A stretch of 64,000 bases of DNA, taken from Ammonifex sp. Lineage in GTDB: Bacteria; Bacillota; Desulfotomaculia; Desulfotomaculales; Ammonificaceae. Positions 1 through 7,802 of this stretch are shown one piece after another (within the stretch, counting starts at the first letter, position 1; each line of letters begins with the position of its first letter). The translations under genes were made by a program, and so were the position numbers. Below the pieces are notes generated by a model. It was not told the origin of the DNA, did no database searches, and saw nothing but the letters and a program-made list of their open reading frames with translations. The stretch is taken from contig QZIW01000066.1 in the NCBI GenBank assembly GCA_003604985.1, forward strand, positions 6,948 through 70,947, in the 5' to 3' direction.

Positions 1-578
1 GTTATCTGCCCCGTATTGTTGACGATTTCAATATTCCGGCCCATCTCAGCGTTCTTCTGGATAATCATGGCTTTAGTAATGCCGAATTCCTTCAGCCGTT
101 CGAGCTCGCCAGTCTGGGCGTCGGCCACAGCCTCCACGGCTTGCATGATGTCCTTGTTCATCACGCCGGCCATATCCCCGATAGCAGGGAGCACTTTTTG
201 CGCTTCAAGACCGTAAGCTTGAAGCCGAACCGTCGCCTGTATGATGCTGTCAGTTTCAAAAGGCGTCCGGTTAGCAAAATCTACTGCCCAAGCCATCATA
301 GCCGCCGCTTTCTGCTGGTCTTTCATGACTACGTTCAAGGTATTGCGATAGTTTTCAAGGGCAACGGCGCCTTTCACACTACCAACAACCGCGGCCCCAA
401 ACCCTGCAGCCATAACTGCACCTACGGCTTTAATTGCCGTTCCAATCGCAGCCATTGCCGGTTCCAACTCCTGAGCCTGTTGGCTCAAACGCTGCATGGA
501 TGCCCGAGCTGCAGCTAATCCCTTTTGAAATCCAGCCATATTAAGGCTTAGGCGTACGGAAAGATCGCCAACTTGCAT
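1..578 (-). CDS. phage tail tape measure protein, N-terminal part (gene continues beyond left edge of window)
   Basis: Own minus-strand translation from ATG 578-576 behind AGGGGTGA: MQVGDLSVRLSLNMAGFQKGLAAARASMQRLSQQAQELEPAMAAIGTAIKAVGAVMAAGFGAAVVGSVKGAVALENYRNTLNVVMKDQQKAAAMMAWAVDFANRTPFETDSIIQATVRLQAYGLE.... Open to position 1. Absent from the ORF track because no stop lies in the window. Resembles the conserved TP901-type tape-measure N-terminal core and sits where that gene is expected, after the chaperone pair. Confidence 0.85.
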   Translation of the reverse strand, partial: MQVGDLSVRLSLNMAGFQKGLAAARASMQRLSQQAQELEPAMAAIGTAIKAVGAVMAAGFGAAVVGSVKGAVALENYRNTLNVVMKDQQKAAAMMAWAVDFANRTPFETDSIIQATVRLQAYGLEAQKVLPAIGDMAGVMNKDIMQAVEAVADAQTGELERLKEFGITKAMIIQKNAEMGRNIEIVNNTGQI

Positions 579-607
579 TGATGTCACCCCTGTCTATCGA
601 CTACAAT
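578..607 (+). promoter_or_regulatory. candidate sigma-A type promoter for the plus-strand moron
   Basis: TTGATG (578-583), 18-nt spacer, TACAAT (602-607). Lies 15-30 nt upstream of the RBS and start of the 622/637 ORF. The -35 overlaps the tape measure start codon. Confidence 0.4.
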
Positions 608-621
608 AGAAAAAACAACCA

Positions 622-1059
622 ATGGAGGTGTTTATTTTGGGGTTCTTAAGCGGTATCAAGCGTCAATTGACAACTCTCAATATAACTTACCTGGGCGGCC
701 ATCCTGACCTTACAAAATCACCAATTGCCGTTGGTGTCGGAAAAGAAGATGACATGATAGTCATCTATTTCGGCCCCACGTTTAGCCCTAAACTGAAAAT
801 ACCTAAAGCTGATGTCACGAACGTCACCCTCGAAAAAGCCAGCAAGCGCAGCCTTGGTAAGGCCGCTGCCGGGGCCATCGTCGGCGGTGTTCTCACCGGT
901 GGAATAGGTGCCATTGCCGGCGCGGCTCTTGGTGGGCGAAAAAAAGATGACAGTGTAATCGTAATGACGATCAAATACGGACCCGCTGAAGTCGACGTTC
1001 TTTTCGGCGGAGACGATGTAAGCAAAAAATATAGTCAATTTGTCGCTCTACTTCGCTAG
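622..1059 (+). CDS. hypothetical membrane-associated protein with C-terminal glycine-zipper segment (reverse-oriented moron in the tail module)
   Basis: 145-aa ORF. The likely real start is TTG 637, 8 nt after GGAGG (624-628). Contains GKAAAGAIVGGVLTGGIGAIAGAALGG (GxxxG repeats). The only plus-strand gene in a roughly 28-kb minus-strand block. Has its own promoter-like and terminator-like signals. Confidence 0.7.
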   Translation: MEVFILGFLSGIKRQLTTLNITYLGGHPDLTKSPIAVGVGKEDDMIVIYFGPTFSPKLKIPKADVTNVTLEKASKRSLGKAAAGAIVGGVLTGGIGAIAGAALGGRKKDDSVIVMTIKYGPAEVDVLFGGDDVSKKYSQFVALLR

Positions 1060-1283
1060 CGCCAACTCATCAACTCCTGCAACGAAAGCCGCTCCTGCGG
1101 CTTTTCCTTTTGTTCTCCCCCGTGGACCTGCAAATGCACCTCCGCCAGTCTCATCAACTTCCCCGGCGTACACCGCCAGAATGTTTCCTCATTCATCCCC
1201 AAAATAACCGTCCCCAGATACAGCAGCCAGACCCAATCCCACCCGCCGGACCCTACTTCTCCGGCGGGTTTTCTGCGTTTTTT
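1056..1283 (-). CDS. -1 frameshift extension of the tail assembly chaperone (gpGT-like fusion, 1056..1591 overall)
   Basis: After the slip, the -1 frame is open for 73 codons: RRKPAGEVGSGGWDWVWLLYLGTVILGMNEETFWRCTPGKLMRLAEVHLQVHGGEQKEKPQERLSLQELMSWR, stop at 1058-1056. Composition is protein-like and no independent start with an RBS is present. Confidence 0.7.
   Translation of the reverse strand, partial: KKRRKPAGEVGSGGWDWVWLLYLGTVILGMNEETFWRCTPGKLMRLAEVHLQVHGGEQKEKPQERLSLQELMSWR
1085..1111 (+). terminator. candidate rho-independent terminator of the moron
   Basis: AAAGCCGC-TCCT-GCGGCTTT hairpin (1085-1104) followed by a T-rich run, TCCTTTTG. Lies inside the frameshift extension of the opposite-strand chaperone gene. 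Confidence 0.5.
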
Positions 1284-1591
1284 TCGGGCTGAGGCAGCGC
1301 CTGGGAAATGGCTTCGTTCACCGCCTCAGTTACACGCTGTAAATCAGCGAGAGTTATCAGCCGGCCCACGTCTTTAACCGTCAACGCTTCGTCCTCATGC
1401 ACCAGCCCGGACCACAGCACGGCGCGCAGGGCCTTGACGCTTCCTTTAGCCAGCGCGTCCAAGGCCGCTTCCACGCTGCCCTGCTCTTCCTCCAGCGCCG
1501 CAAACGCATTTAAGTCGAATTTAAGCGTCCGCTCCTTGTCCAGAACCACTTTAACCGCCTTGGGCCGGATATCCGCAAGATTACTCATCAT
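1253..1591 (-). CDS. tail assembly chaperone (gpG-like, zero-frame product)
   Basis: 112-aa acidic ORF between the major tail gene and the tape measure gene. Ends just after an A_AAA_AAC slippery site. Confidence 0.8.
   Translation of the reverse strand: MMSNLADIRPKAVKVVLDKERTLKFDLNAFAALEEEQGSVEAALDALAKGSVKALRAVLWSGLVHEDEALTVKDVGRLITLADLQRVTEAVNEAISQALPQPEKNAENPPEK
1277..1283 (-). promoter_or_regulatory. programmed -1 ribosomal frameshift heptamer A_AAA_AAC
   Basis: Minus-strand codons are CCC GAA AAA AAC GCA. The heptamer is in the correct X_XXY_YYZ register 8 codons before the zero-frame stop. Confidence 0.7.
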
Positions 1592-1651
1592 ATCCCTCCT
1601 CCCTCCAAATAAAACTCCAGGGCGGCACTCAGGCCGCCCCCCCCCTTTTTT

Positions 1652-2218
1652 TTAGCTGATCGCCGTCGCCGTCTCGTTGATCACCACGGACAGCAACTTA
1701 TTCCCGGTCGCCTGGAGCGGGATGGCCTTCAGCTTCGCGCTCACCTTCGCGAAGTCTCCGTTCATACCTTCAAGCGAGAACTTCGGCGCGTCGGTGGTCT
1801 TTGCCTTGTGGATCACCACATGCACGTCCCCCAGTCCCGCGTCAACGTAGAGCGCTTGGCCCTCGATCTTGACGTAGCCCGGCTTGTCCCCATTTGCCAG
1901 GTCGTAGGTCTGTTTCTGGTTCGGCGTGGTGCCGCTGGCCGTCACAGCGCCGCCCATAAGTAACGCCAATACGTCAAGCGGCAATATGGCATTGTCGATA
2001 CCGATGTCCACGCTCTCCGGTTTCGAGAAAATGTCCAACAACACATTGTCACCGTGAAGCTCCTTGGTAACCATGTTGGGGGACACATCCAGCTTCAGTA
2101 TGCCGGGGATGTCCACCGGGCTGCCGTAAGTCGGCGATCCACCTGCCGGATCGGCGGTCAACGGAAACACTTTAGCGTCCTTAAGCTCAAGGACTTTTGT
2201 TTGGGTTGCAATCGGCAT
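1652..2218 (-). CDS. phage major tail protein
   Basis: 188-aa ORF directly upstream of the chaperone pair. Beta-rich and acidic, as expected for siphovirus tail tube proteins. Confidence 0.8.
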   Translation of the reverse strand: MPIATQTKVLELKDAKVFPLTADPAGGSPTYGSPVDIPGILKLDVSPNMVTKELHGDNVLLDIFSKPESVDIGIDNAILPLDVLALLMGGAVTASGTTPNQKQTYDLANGDKPGYVKIEGQALYVDAGLGDVHVVIHKAKTTDAPKFSLEGMNGDFAKVSAKLKAIPLQATGNKLLSVVINETATAIS

Positions 2219-2237
2219 TTAAGTTTCCTCTCCTTTC

Positions 2238-2564
2238 TTACAGGTGTAATGCGGCCACGGTTACCGTGGTCACCGCGCTGTAGGTAACATTCACCTTGCC
2301 CGTCGAATCATTAAAACGCTCCGGGTCAAACGGCCCGATCATCTTGTCCGCTCCGGCTGCAACCGCCACCGTGATATCGTGATCAAAACCCTGGTTGCAC
2401 GGGACAGCGGAATCAACAGTAACGTTAATGGAACTCGCGCTGCCGTTTTTCACGTGCAGAAAAGCCCGGCCGTCGTTGGTGAAGTTGTCACCGCCCGCCG
2501 CAGCCGCCGCGTAACTCGGCGTAAGGCCGGCAAGCGCAATGTTCTGAACCGTAAGTTGCGCCAC
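2238..2564 (-). CDS. hypothetical structural protein
   Basis: 108-aa ORF tightly packed between the tail-completion and major tail genes. No family recognised. Confidence 0.55.
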   Translation of the reverse strand: MAQLTVQNIALAGLTPSYAAAAAGGDNFTNDGRAFLHVKNGSASSINVTVDSAVPCNQGFDHDITVAVAAGADKMIGPFDPERFNDSTGKVNVTYSAVTTVTVAALHL

Positions 2565-2576
2565 TTTATCCCCTCC

Positions 2577-2912
2577 TTAATCCCTACTTGTCCAGACCGC
2601 AAGGTTAAACACAAACACCCCCCGATTATTCGCATCCCGCTCCAGTAACAATGGGGGCTGCATCGCCTGCGCCACCATCTTGCGGTTATTGATCTCAATA
2701 AATCGGTTTTCCGGCCGGTCAAGCAGGCTGAATATCTGCCAGATTTTTTTTCTCGCAACAGCATAGCTCTTGCTTCGAACTGTTATCTGAACCGTACGCC
2801 GCAGGTCCGGCAAAACCGCTTGAGCCGGATAGCCGCCCGTATCGAATACCGCAACTAAATCGTCTGGTTGATCGGGCCTCGCATCCAGGAAAATATCTGT
2901 TCCAACGGCCAA
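2577..2912 (-). CDS. tail completion / tail terminator-like protein
   Basis: 111-aa ORF from a TTG start. The frame stays open upstream to about 2970 (LPELARDIAGYLVDQGQALAVG...), so the true start may be earlier and non-canonical. Assigned mainly by position after the HK97 gp10-like gene. Confidence 0.55.
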   Translation of the reverse strand: MAVGTDIFLDARPDQPDDLVAVFDTGGYPAQAVLPDLRRTVQITVRSKSYAVARKKIWQIFSLLDRPENRFIEINNRKMVAQAMQPPLLLERDANNRGVFVFNLAVWTSRD

Positions 2913-2972
2913 AGCCTGCCCTTGATCAACCAGATAGCCCGCGATGTCCCTTGCAAGTTCCGGCAGAAGGCA

Positions 2973-3320
2973 TCACCTCGCATCCTTCAGGGCCTTCTTA
3001 ACCCGTAGGCCCACCAGCTTCTCCACCTTGGCCGCGTTGCGCTTGAACGGGTCCTCAAGATACTTTGCCTTGCCCCCGCGAGGATGGTTCAAAGTTAGAT
3101 CTTCATGCTGCTTAACGGCGTAGGGCGTACTAAAAGAAACATACACCGCCCCCTCAGTCGGGGCGTCAGTCACCGCCCCAGACCGGCGCAAAGTACCGGT
3201 ATCAATCGGCGCTTCGTCAATTGCCTCGGTGAGTATCGCCTCCGCCCCATCGTGAAGTGCCTGCATTGCCGCCTCACGGGCAATCTTCTTCGCCAGGTCG
3301 CCGCGCCATTTTAACGTCAT
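2973..3320 (-). CDS. HK97 gp10-family head-tail joining protein
   Basis: 115 aa containing APIDTGTLRRSG and LEDPFKRN, which resemble HK97 gp10-family motifs. ATGA-type overlap with the upstream gene. Confidence 0.75.
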   Translation of the reverse strand: MTLKWRGDLAKKIAREAAMQALHDGAEAILTEAIDEAPIDTGTLRRSGAVTDAPTEGAVYVSFSTPYAVKQHEDLTLNHPRGGKAKYLEDPFKRNAAKVEKLVGLRVKKALKDAR

Positions 3321-3631
3321 ACGGCCACCTCCCGGTGGCGGACAATACCATTTAAACCAGGAACCTCGCTCACCGCGATCACCGGCCAGTCACGGCCTCC
3401 GTACTCAATTACATCGCCCGGCTGAACCGCTTCCATGCAGAACACCCGCGCCTCAGAAACTACCTCTTGCCCTTGCCGATTCCGGACTATCCGACGCTTT
3501 GCTTCCCAGCGGACCGTGATTGTCTGGGCCGTAGTAAACGGCGGTTCGGAAATAAAGGTAGTCGCTTCGCCATACTCGTTTATCACCGCGGGCTTCCACA
3601 CGGCTGTTTGGTTCAGATACTGGTCGATCAC
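3317..3631 (-). CDS. head closure / head-tail adaptor protein
   Basis: ORF track gives 3317..3676. GTG 3631 forms a GTGA start-stop overlap with the upstream gene, so 3631 is preferred. Small beta-rich protein at the expected position. Confidence 0.65.
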   Translation of the reverse strand: MIDQYLNQTAVWKPAVINEYGEATTFISEPPFTTAQTITVRWEAKRRIVRNRQGQEVVSEARVFCMEAVQPGDVIEYGGRDWPVIAVSEVPGLNGIVRHREVAV

Positions 3632-3972
3632 CGTAGACCACCAGCCTTGAGGCCCGGCCCGCGCAGAAAGGCCCATGCTTGGGAAGCTATGGTCGGGTCA
3701 TGCCGCAGATTGTATGTCTCGGAAAGCGACCCTATACTGGAACTGGCTACTCCAGACTTTTGCAGCTCCGCCCTTTTGTCACCCGCTAAAAGCCATATAG
3801 CCTGCTCGCAGACGGCCTTATTAAAACGGGTGGATTCTACCATGTCCTCGTAGTCCGCCAGCTGGTTTTCGGCGGTCGTCAGCGCCTTGGTCTTGTCGGT
3901 GTCCGAAGCCGCGTCCCATACCGCGCTGTTTAGGCGAGTGCTGAAATATTCGTTGGCCGCCGTTAGGTCCAC
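3628..3972 (-). CDS. gp6-like head-tail connector protein
   Basis: 114-aa helical ORF immediately downstream of the major capsid gene. Confidence 0.65.
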   Translation of the reverse strand: MDLTAANEYFSTRLNSAVWDAASDTDKTKALTTAENQLADYEDMVESTRFNKAVCEQAIWLLAGDKRAELQKSGVASSSIGSLSETYNLRHDPTIASQAWAFLRGPGLKAGGLR

Positions 3973-4044
3973 CGCCCATCACCTCTCTAAACGGGGCCGT
4001 CCGGCACCCGCTGCCTGCAAATGCCGGACGTTGGCCCCTGTAAG

Positions 4045-5076
4045 TTACTCAGCCAGAACGACACCGATGAAGATGCCGTCTGCGTACGGGAAGGTCGGGA
4101 TCGCGGTGGCCGCAGCTTTGGTCCAGATGCCGGGCGGTTCGTCCACGGCGTCGACGCGGGCATAAATCCCGGCCGCTTCCCTGGCCTCAACCTCGGTGTC
4201 CAATAGCGCCTCAGCGGTCGGCCCCATGAGCGTGTCGCCGCATTTGGTCGGCGGCAGGAGTACGAACCGCGTGGACGGGAAGAAACGCACTGTCGAATAG
4301 GTCCCGGCTTCGGCCTGGCTACGGACCTGCAGGTCGTAGGTGGCGATGGCCGGCAGGTCGAGCTGTTCCATCAAGGTGTTCACCTGCGCCAGGCTCACGG
4401 CGCGGGTGCCGCCGGAATCCCCGTAGATCATTTTTCGAACCTGGGCGTTCTGGATGAGGTAGCTAACCACAGTGTTTGAGGTCAGGGCTCTGGTAGGCCG
4501 CACACCGCAAGCCGCTACCACGGCGTTTACCCAGGCTTGAATCTTCGTGACGGGCTCGGCAGTCGCTACAGCGCTCCAGAGGTCGTTGCCCGCCAGGGTC
4601 TCTTTGTTGCCCGCCGGGACGCCGTAGTCGACGGTCATCATAATCCCGTTCTCGTTCAGTGCCAACTGCCCGTAAGCGACCGCGTCCATCCGCATCTTCT
4701 CAATCCGTGCGTTTACGGAGTCGATCATGTTGTCCAGATCGTTATAGAGTTGGTTGCGAACCCTATCAACGTCGCCGGCGCCCTCACGCTTGAGAGCGAT
4801 AAGCTCCCGCTCGTTAAGCGGAATTTTCCGTTTGATCGGCGGGATCTCGCCGGTGACCTTGTCCGCACCGTCACGACTGGCAATCTGGGCTTCTGCGCCG
4901 TACATCTGCACGCTGGCCATTACCGGCAGGATGTTCTGGTCCTTCCAGTATTCAAAAGTCAACTCGTTGACGGTGTTCACGGGGAACAGCGTGGCCCCGA
5001 CGTAGTTTCGGGGCAGCCGCGCACGGGCATAGGCCAGGACGGCCTTCCGGCTGAACTCTTTAAGCAACGGATTCAT
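4045..5076 (-). CDS. major capsid protein (lambda gpE-like family)
   Basis: 343 aa. Size, position after the decoration and scaffold genes, and N-terminal ...ATLFPV...FEYW... with C-terminal ...IPTFPYADGIF are consistent with the capsid protein E family. Confidence 0.85.
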   Translation of the reverse strand: MNPLLKEFSRKAVLAYARARLPRNYVGATLFPVNTVNELTFEYWKDQNILPVMASVQMYGAEAQIASRDGADKVTGEIPPIKRKIPLNERELIALKREGAGDVDRVRNQLYNDLDNMIDSVNARIEKMRMDAVAYGQLALNENGIMMTVDYGVPAGNKETLAGNDLWSAVATAEPVTKIQAWVNAVVAACGVRPTRALTSNTVVSYLIQNAQVRKMIYGDSGGTRAVSLAQVNTLMEQLDLPAIATYDLQVRSQAEAGTYSTVRFFPSTRFVLLPPTKCGDTLMGPTAEALLDTEVEAREAAGIYARVDAVDEPPGIWTKAAATAIPTFPYADGIFIGVVLAE

Positions 5077-5103
5077 TTCCTTATCCCTCCAGTCTCCTCG
5101 GCA

Positions 5104-5832
5104 TTACCCAACAAACGTAATGCCGGGCATATTCGCTTTGACTACGGCGTCGGGCGCAACCGGCAGACGCGCCGAAATAACCCGCCCGTGGTCGATCGCG
5201 GTGGCCGCTTGGTCGGCGTGAGAGGCCCCGCCACTCGACGTAAAGCTGGTGAAGTAGACGGTCTCCGCCAGGATCGCCGTCGGAGTGACGTTCGGGTCGG
5301 TGCCCTCAGCAAGCGCTGTCGCCGCCACAGCCGCCACTACACCGGTGCCGTCGCTGCCCGCGCCGTTTGCGGCCAAGACCTGGTCTTTAACCCAGAGCGT
5401 GGCGTTGATGGCAGCGATAACCTGTGCCGCGGTGCTGGTGATGGCGCTGCCCGCATCGGTCGCAAGGTAGACTACAATAACGTCGCTCTCCACCCTGACA
5501 AACAGCGGCTGGCTGGCCGCGCCCGGAGCTTTGAGCTGAACTTTAATGCTATTACCGGCTGTCCCGGCCGCCTTAGCAGTTACCTTGACGTCGTTGTTGT
5601 CGCCGGCGGGATTGAGCGTAACCGTCGCGGCAACGCCGGCAGTATACTTTGCCCACTTGCCGTTGCCCTTTTTGCCGATGAACGAACCGGCAAGCAGCTT
5701 TTTAAGCCCCGCAGCGTCCGCAGAAACGTCACTGTGGTCCAGGGTTACGCCGCCGCGGATGTAGCGGACTTCCTTGCTATCCAGGAAACTTACTTCACCA
5801 CCAAAAGTCGTGGTCTTCAGTGTGAGGTCCAC
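5104..5832 (-). CDS. head decoration protein (gpD-like) with inserted Ala/Gly/Thr-rich domain
   Basis: 242-aa ORF between scaffold and capsid. The ends resemble decoration-protein beta strands and the middle is AGT-rich. Confidence 0.55.
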   Translation of the reverse strand: MDLTLKTTTFGGEVSFLDSKEVRYIRGGVTLDHSDVSADAAGLKKLLAGSFIGKKGNGKWAKYTAGVAATVTLNPAGDNNDVKVTAKAAGTAGNSIKVQLKAPGAASQPLFVRVESDVIVVYLATDAGSAITSTAAQVIAAINATLWVKDQVLAANGAGSDGTGVVAAVAATALAEGTDPNVTPTAILAETVYFTSFTSSGGASHADQAATAIDHGRVISARLPVAPDAVVKANMPGITFVG

Positions 5833-5845
5833 TGTTTATTCCCCC

Positions 5846-6580
5846 TTACTGTTTTGGCGCCCAGGGGTCAAGTCCCCCGGGAGCCTGTTGTGCTCCTTTG
5901 TTCCGTTCCTCCGCGATTTTCTTGGCCTCCGCCACCGGGTCAGGCGGGCCGCCCGCGCCGGGGTTAGAGGACGAACCTACGCCGCCGCTGCCCGTTTTGC
6001 CCGCCAGGTATGGCTTTTCTTTAACCAGAGCTTCGACGATGTGGTCGAGCCCCGAAACGGGTTTGCCATCCTTGACGAGCTGTTTACCATCCTTGTCCAC
6101 CGGGAACACGTTCATGGACTCCATGTCCACGTTCACGCCTGTTAGGTCGGCCAGTTTGTAGGCGGCCTCGATGTCAATCAGGTTCGACTTGGTAGCTGCG
6201 GCCACAAACACCGCTTTACGCAGCGCCTCCTGGGCTTTTCCTATGATACCGTCGGCATTTTTGGCCAACTCCTCGATCTTGGCCGTCACGGCCTTCAGGT
6301 CCGCGTTAGCATCCAGCTTCAGGACCTGCCTTGCCCTCTCCAGGAGGGCGTCGGTACCCGTTTTCAGCGCTTGGAGCTCAGTTTTAGCGGTATCGCGGTC
6401 CTTCTCAGCATCCCGGAGCTTTGACCGGTACTCCGCAGCCTCTTGGCGGAGATCCCGGACGTACTCGGCGGTGAATGTCTGGGCGGGCGGGTTGCCGCCG
6501 CCTCCACCTTGACCGCCGCCGCCGGGTGGTTCGTTGAGCAGCTGAAAACGTCTTTTAGGATTGTGTAGCCATTTGAGCAT
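5846..6580 (-). CDS. phage scaffolding protein (GP20-like)
   Basis: ATG 6580 behind AAAGGAGGA gives MLKWLHNPKRRFQLLNEPPGGGGQGGGGGNPP... followed by a long coiled-coil (EAAEYRSKLRDAEKDRDTAKTELQALK...). The track ORF extends to 6688, but that extra stretch has no RBS. Confidence 0.75.
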   Translation of the reverse strand: MLKWLHNPKRRFQLLNEPPGGGGQGGGGGNPPAQTFTAEYVRDLRQEAAEYRSKLRDAEKDRDTAKTELQALKTGTDALLERARQVLKLDANADLKAVTAKIEELAKNADGIIGKAQEALRKAVFVAAATKSNLIDIEAAYKLADLTGVNVDMESMNVFPVDKDGKQLVKDGKPVSGLDHIVEALVKEKPYLAGKTGSGGVGSSSNPGAGGPPDPVAEAKKIAEERNKGAQQAPGGLDPWAPKQ

Positions 6581-6658
6581 CAAGCTCGTCCTCCTTTGGG
6601 CTCCCGGCCCGGTAAAATTTTGCAGGAAACTAAAAACCCCCGGCGAATTGTGCCAGAG

Positions 6659-6988
6659 GTGATTGACTTGACCGACTGGACTATACAAAACGACCGCCAG
6701 TCCGTAACGGTGGGAATTAACACCCGTCTTTCCCAGCTACGCAAGCAGGGCCTGGTGCCTGCACTGATCCGGCTCGGGAAAGACCACACCCGCCTTTTCC
6801 TACGGGAGCATGGCCTCTCGTTCATCCCTAACCGGAAGCCGCGCGCCCTGGTCTCCGACCACCTAGTCTGGGACCCCGTCACAAACCGGCTGTGTTATAC
6901 CAGCCGGATGATACCTATTAGGTTTAACGACCTCCTTCTTCATGGTATAGCCGTGGAAGGAACCTCCCCGGCTAACTCGCCTCGTTGA
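6659..6988 (+). CDS. possible small HTH (excisionase/MerR-like) protein, reverse-oriented in the head module
   Basis: Part of plus ORF 6596..6988. Candidate starts are GTG 6659 or TTG 6668, after GAGGTGA. Contains INTRLSQLRKQGLVPALIRLGKDHTRLFLRE, which resembles HTH_17-type helices. Fills an otherwise 390-bp gap between the gp7-like and scaffold genes. Confidence 0.35.
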   Translation: MIDLTDWTIQNDRQSVTVGINTRLSQLRKQGLVPALIRLGKDHTRLFLREHGLSFIPNRKPRALVSDHLVWDPVTNRLCYTSRMIPIRFNDLLLHGIAVEGTSPANSPR

Positions 6989-7802
6989 TCTCCGCGTCGA
7001 TGTCTATGTACAGCCCGTAGGCGTGCTTGCAGTTCGGGTGAAACAGCCCGCCCGCCTTGGCGTCGTCTAAAGTGGGATAACCGGCGGTCTTCCCCGTCAG
7101 GCTGAGGACCTTGCCCTGCCAGTTAACGCATTTCGGGCAGGCCCCGACGTGCGTGCTGATCTTGACCAAGTCGTGCCCATGCTCCAGCAGCCGGTTGGCC
7201 GTGCCCTGCAGGTGGGCCTCCATCGTCGTAGTCCTGGCCACCGTGTCGGCGTAGGTCTTCATATTCCAGTCGCGGCCGGCCCGGTCCCGGAAGCCTGTTA
7301 TGCCGCTGCCGGCCAGTCGCTCGCGGAAGTCACGCGATACCTGCTGCCAGGTCTTGTGGCCTATGACGCTCTGCCGCGTGGTCTCCAGGGCGTACTCCCT
7401 ATAGATGTCCTGTACGCGCCGCCCGATTAGCTGGGCTACGCTGTCCAGTCGGTCGTATGCGTTGTCGGCCAGGACCTTGGCCGCCTGTTGATGGATGGCA
7501 CCGAAGCCCGCAATGAGCTTCTGGCCCCGCGCTTTTAGCTGGTTGTCGGCGAAGCCCGTTCCCTCGATGTAAACCCGAGGAATCGCCTCCTGACACCAGG
7601 TGCGACTCCCGGCCCGGAGGTCGCCCAGAATGGCCTGCACGTTTTTGAGCATCCCTTTTAGGTACTCGGTCTTGTTACCCTTAGCGATCGCCCGGTTAAG
7701 TTGGAGCAGTATTTCGCGCTCGGCCTCGGTGTACAGCCGCACCAGCCGGTCGGCCTCGGTTTCACTTAGCTTAACGAGCCGTTTGTCCGGGCCCCTGACC
7801 AT
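6972..7802 (-). CDS. phage head morphogenesis protein (SPP1 gp7 / Mu F family)
   Basis: 276 aa with C-terminal ...CPKCVNWQGKV...GGLFHPNCKH, typical of the family. Directly follows the portal gene. Confidence 0.85.
   Translation of the reverse strand: MVRGPDKRLVKLSETEADRLVRLYTEAEREILLQLNRAIAKGNKTEYLKGMLKNVQAILGDLRAGSRTWCQEAIPRVYIEGTGFADNQLKARGQKLIAGFGAIHQQAAKVLADNAYDRLDSVAQLIGRRVQDIYREYALETTRQSVIGHKTWQQVSRDFRERLAGSGITGFRDRAGRDWNMKTYADTVARTTTMEAHLQGTANRLLEHGHDLVKISTHVGACPKCVNWQGKVLSLTGKTAGYPTLDDAKAGGLFHPNCKHAYGLYIDIDAEINEAS

Noticed and set aside
4537-5967. 476-aa plus-strand ORF, the longest plus-strand ORF in the phage region
   Set aside because: It lies entirely antisense to the capsid and decoration genes, is Arg/Gly/Pro/Val-rich and has no RBS. 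This is a typical shadow ORF of GC-rich coding DNA.
6490-6535. GC-rich GGN runs encoding GGGGQGGGGG in the scaffold and GGGGGEGGGG at the portal C-terminus (about 7805-7840), considered as DNA repeats
   Set aside because: These are short low-complexity glycine linkers within coding frames, not repeated elements.
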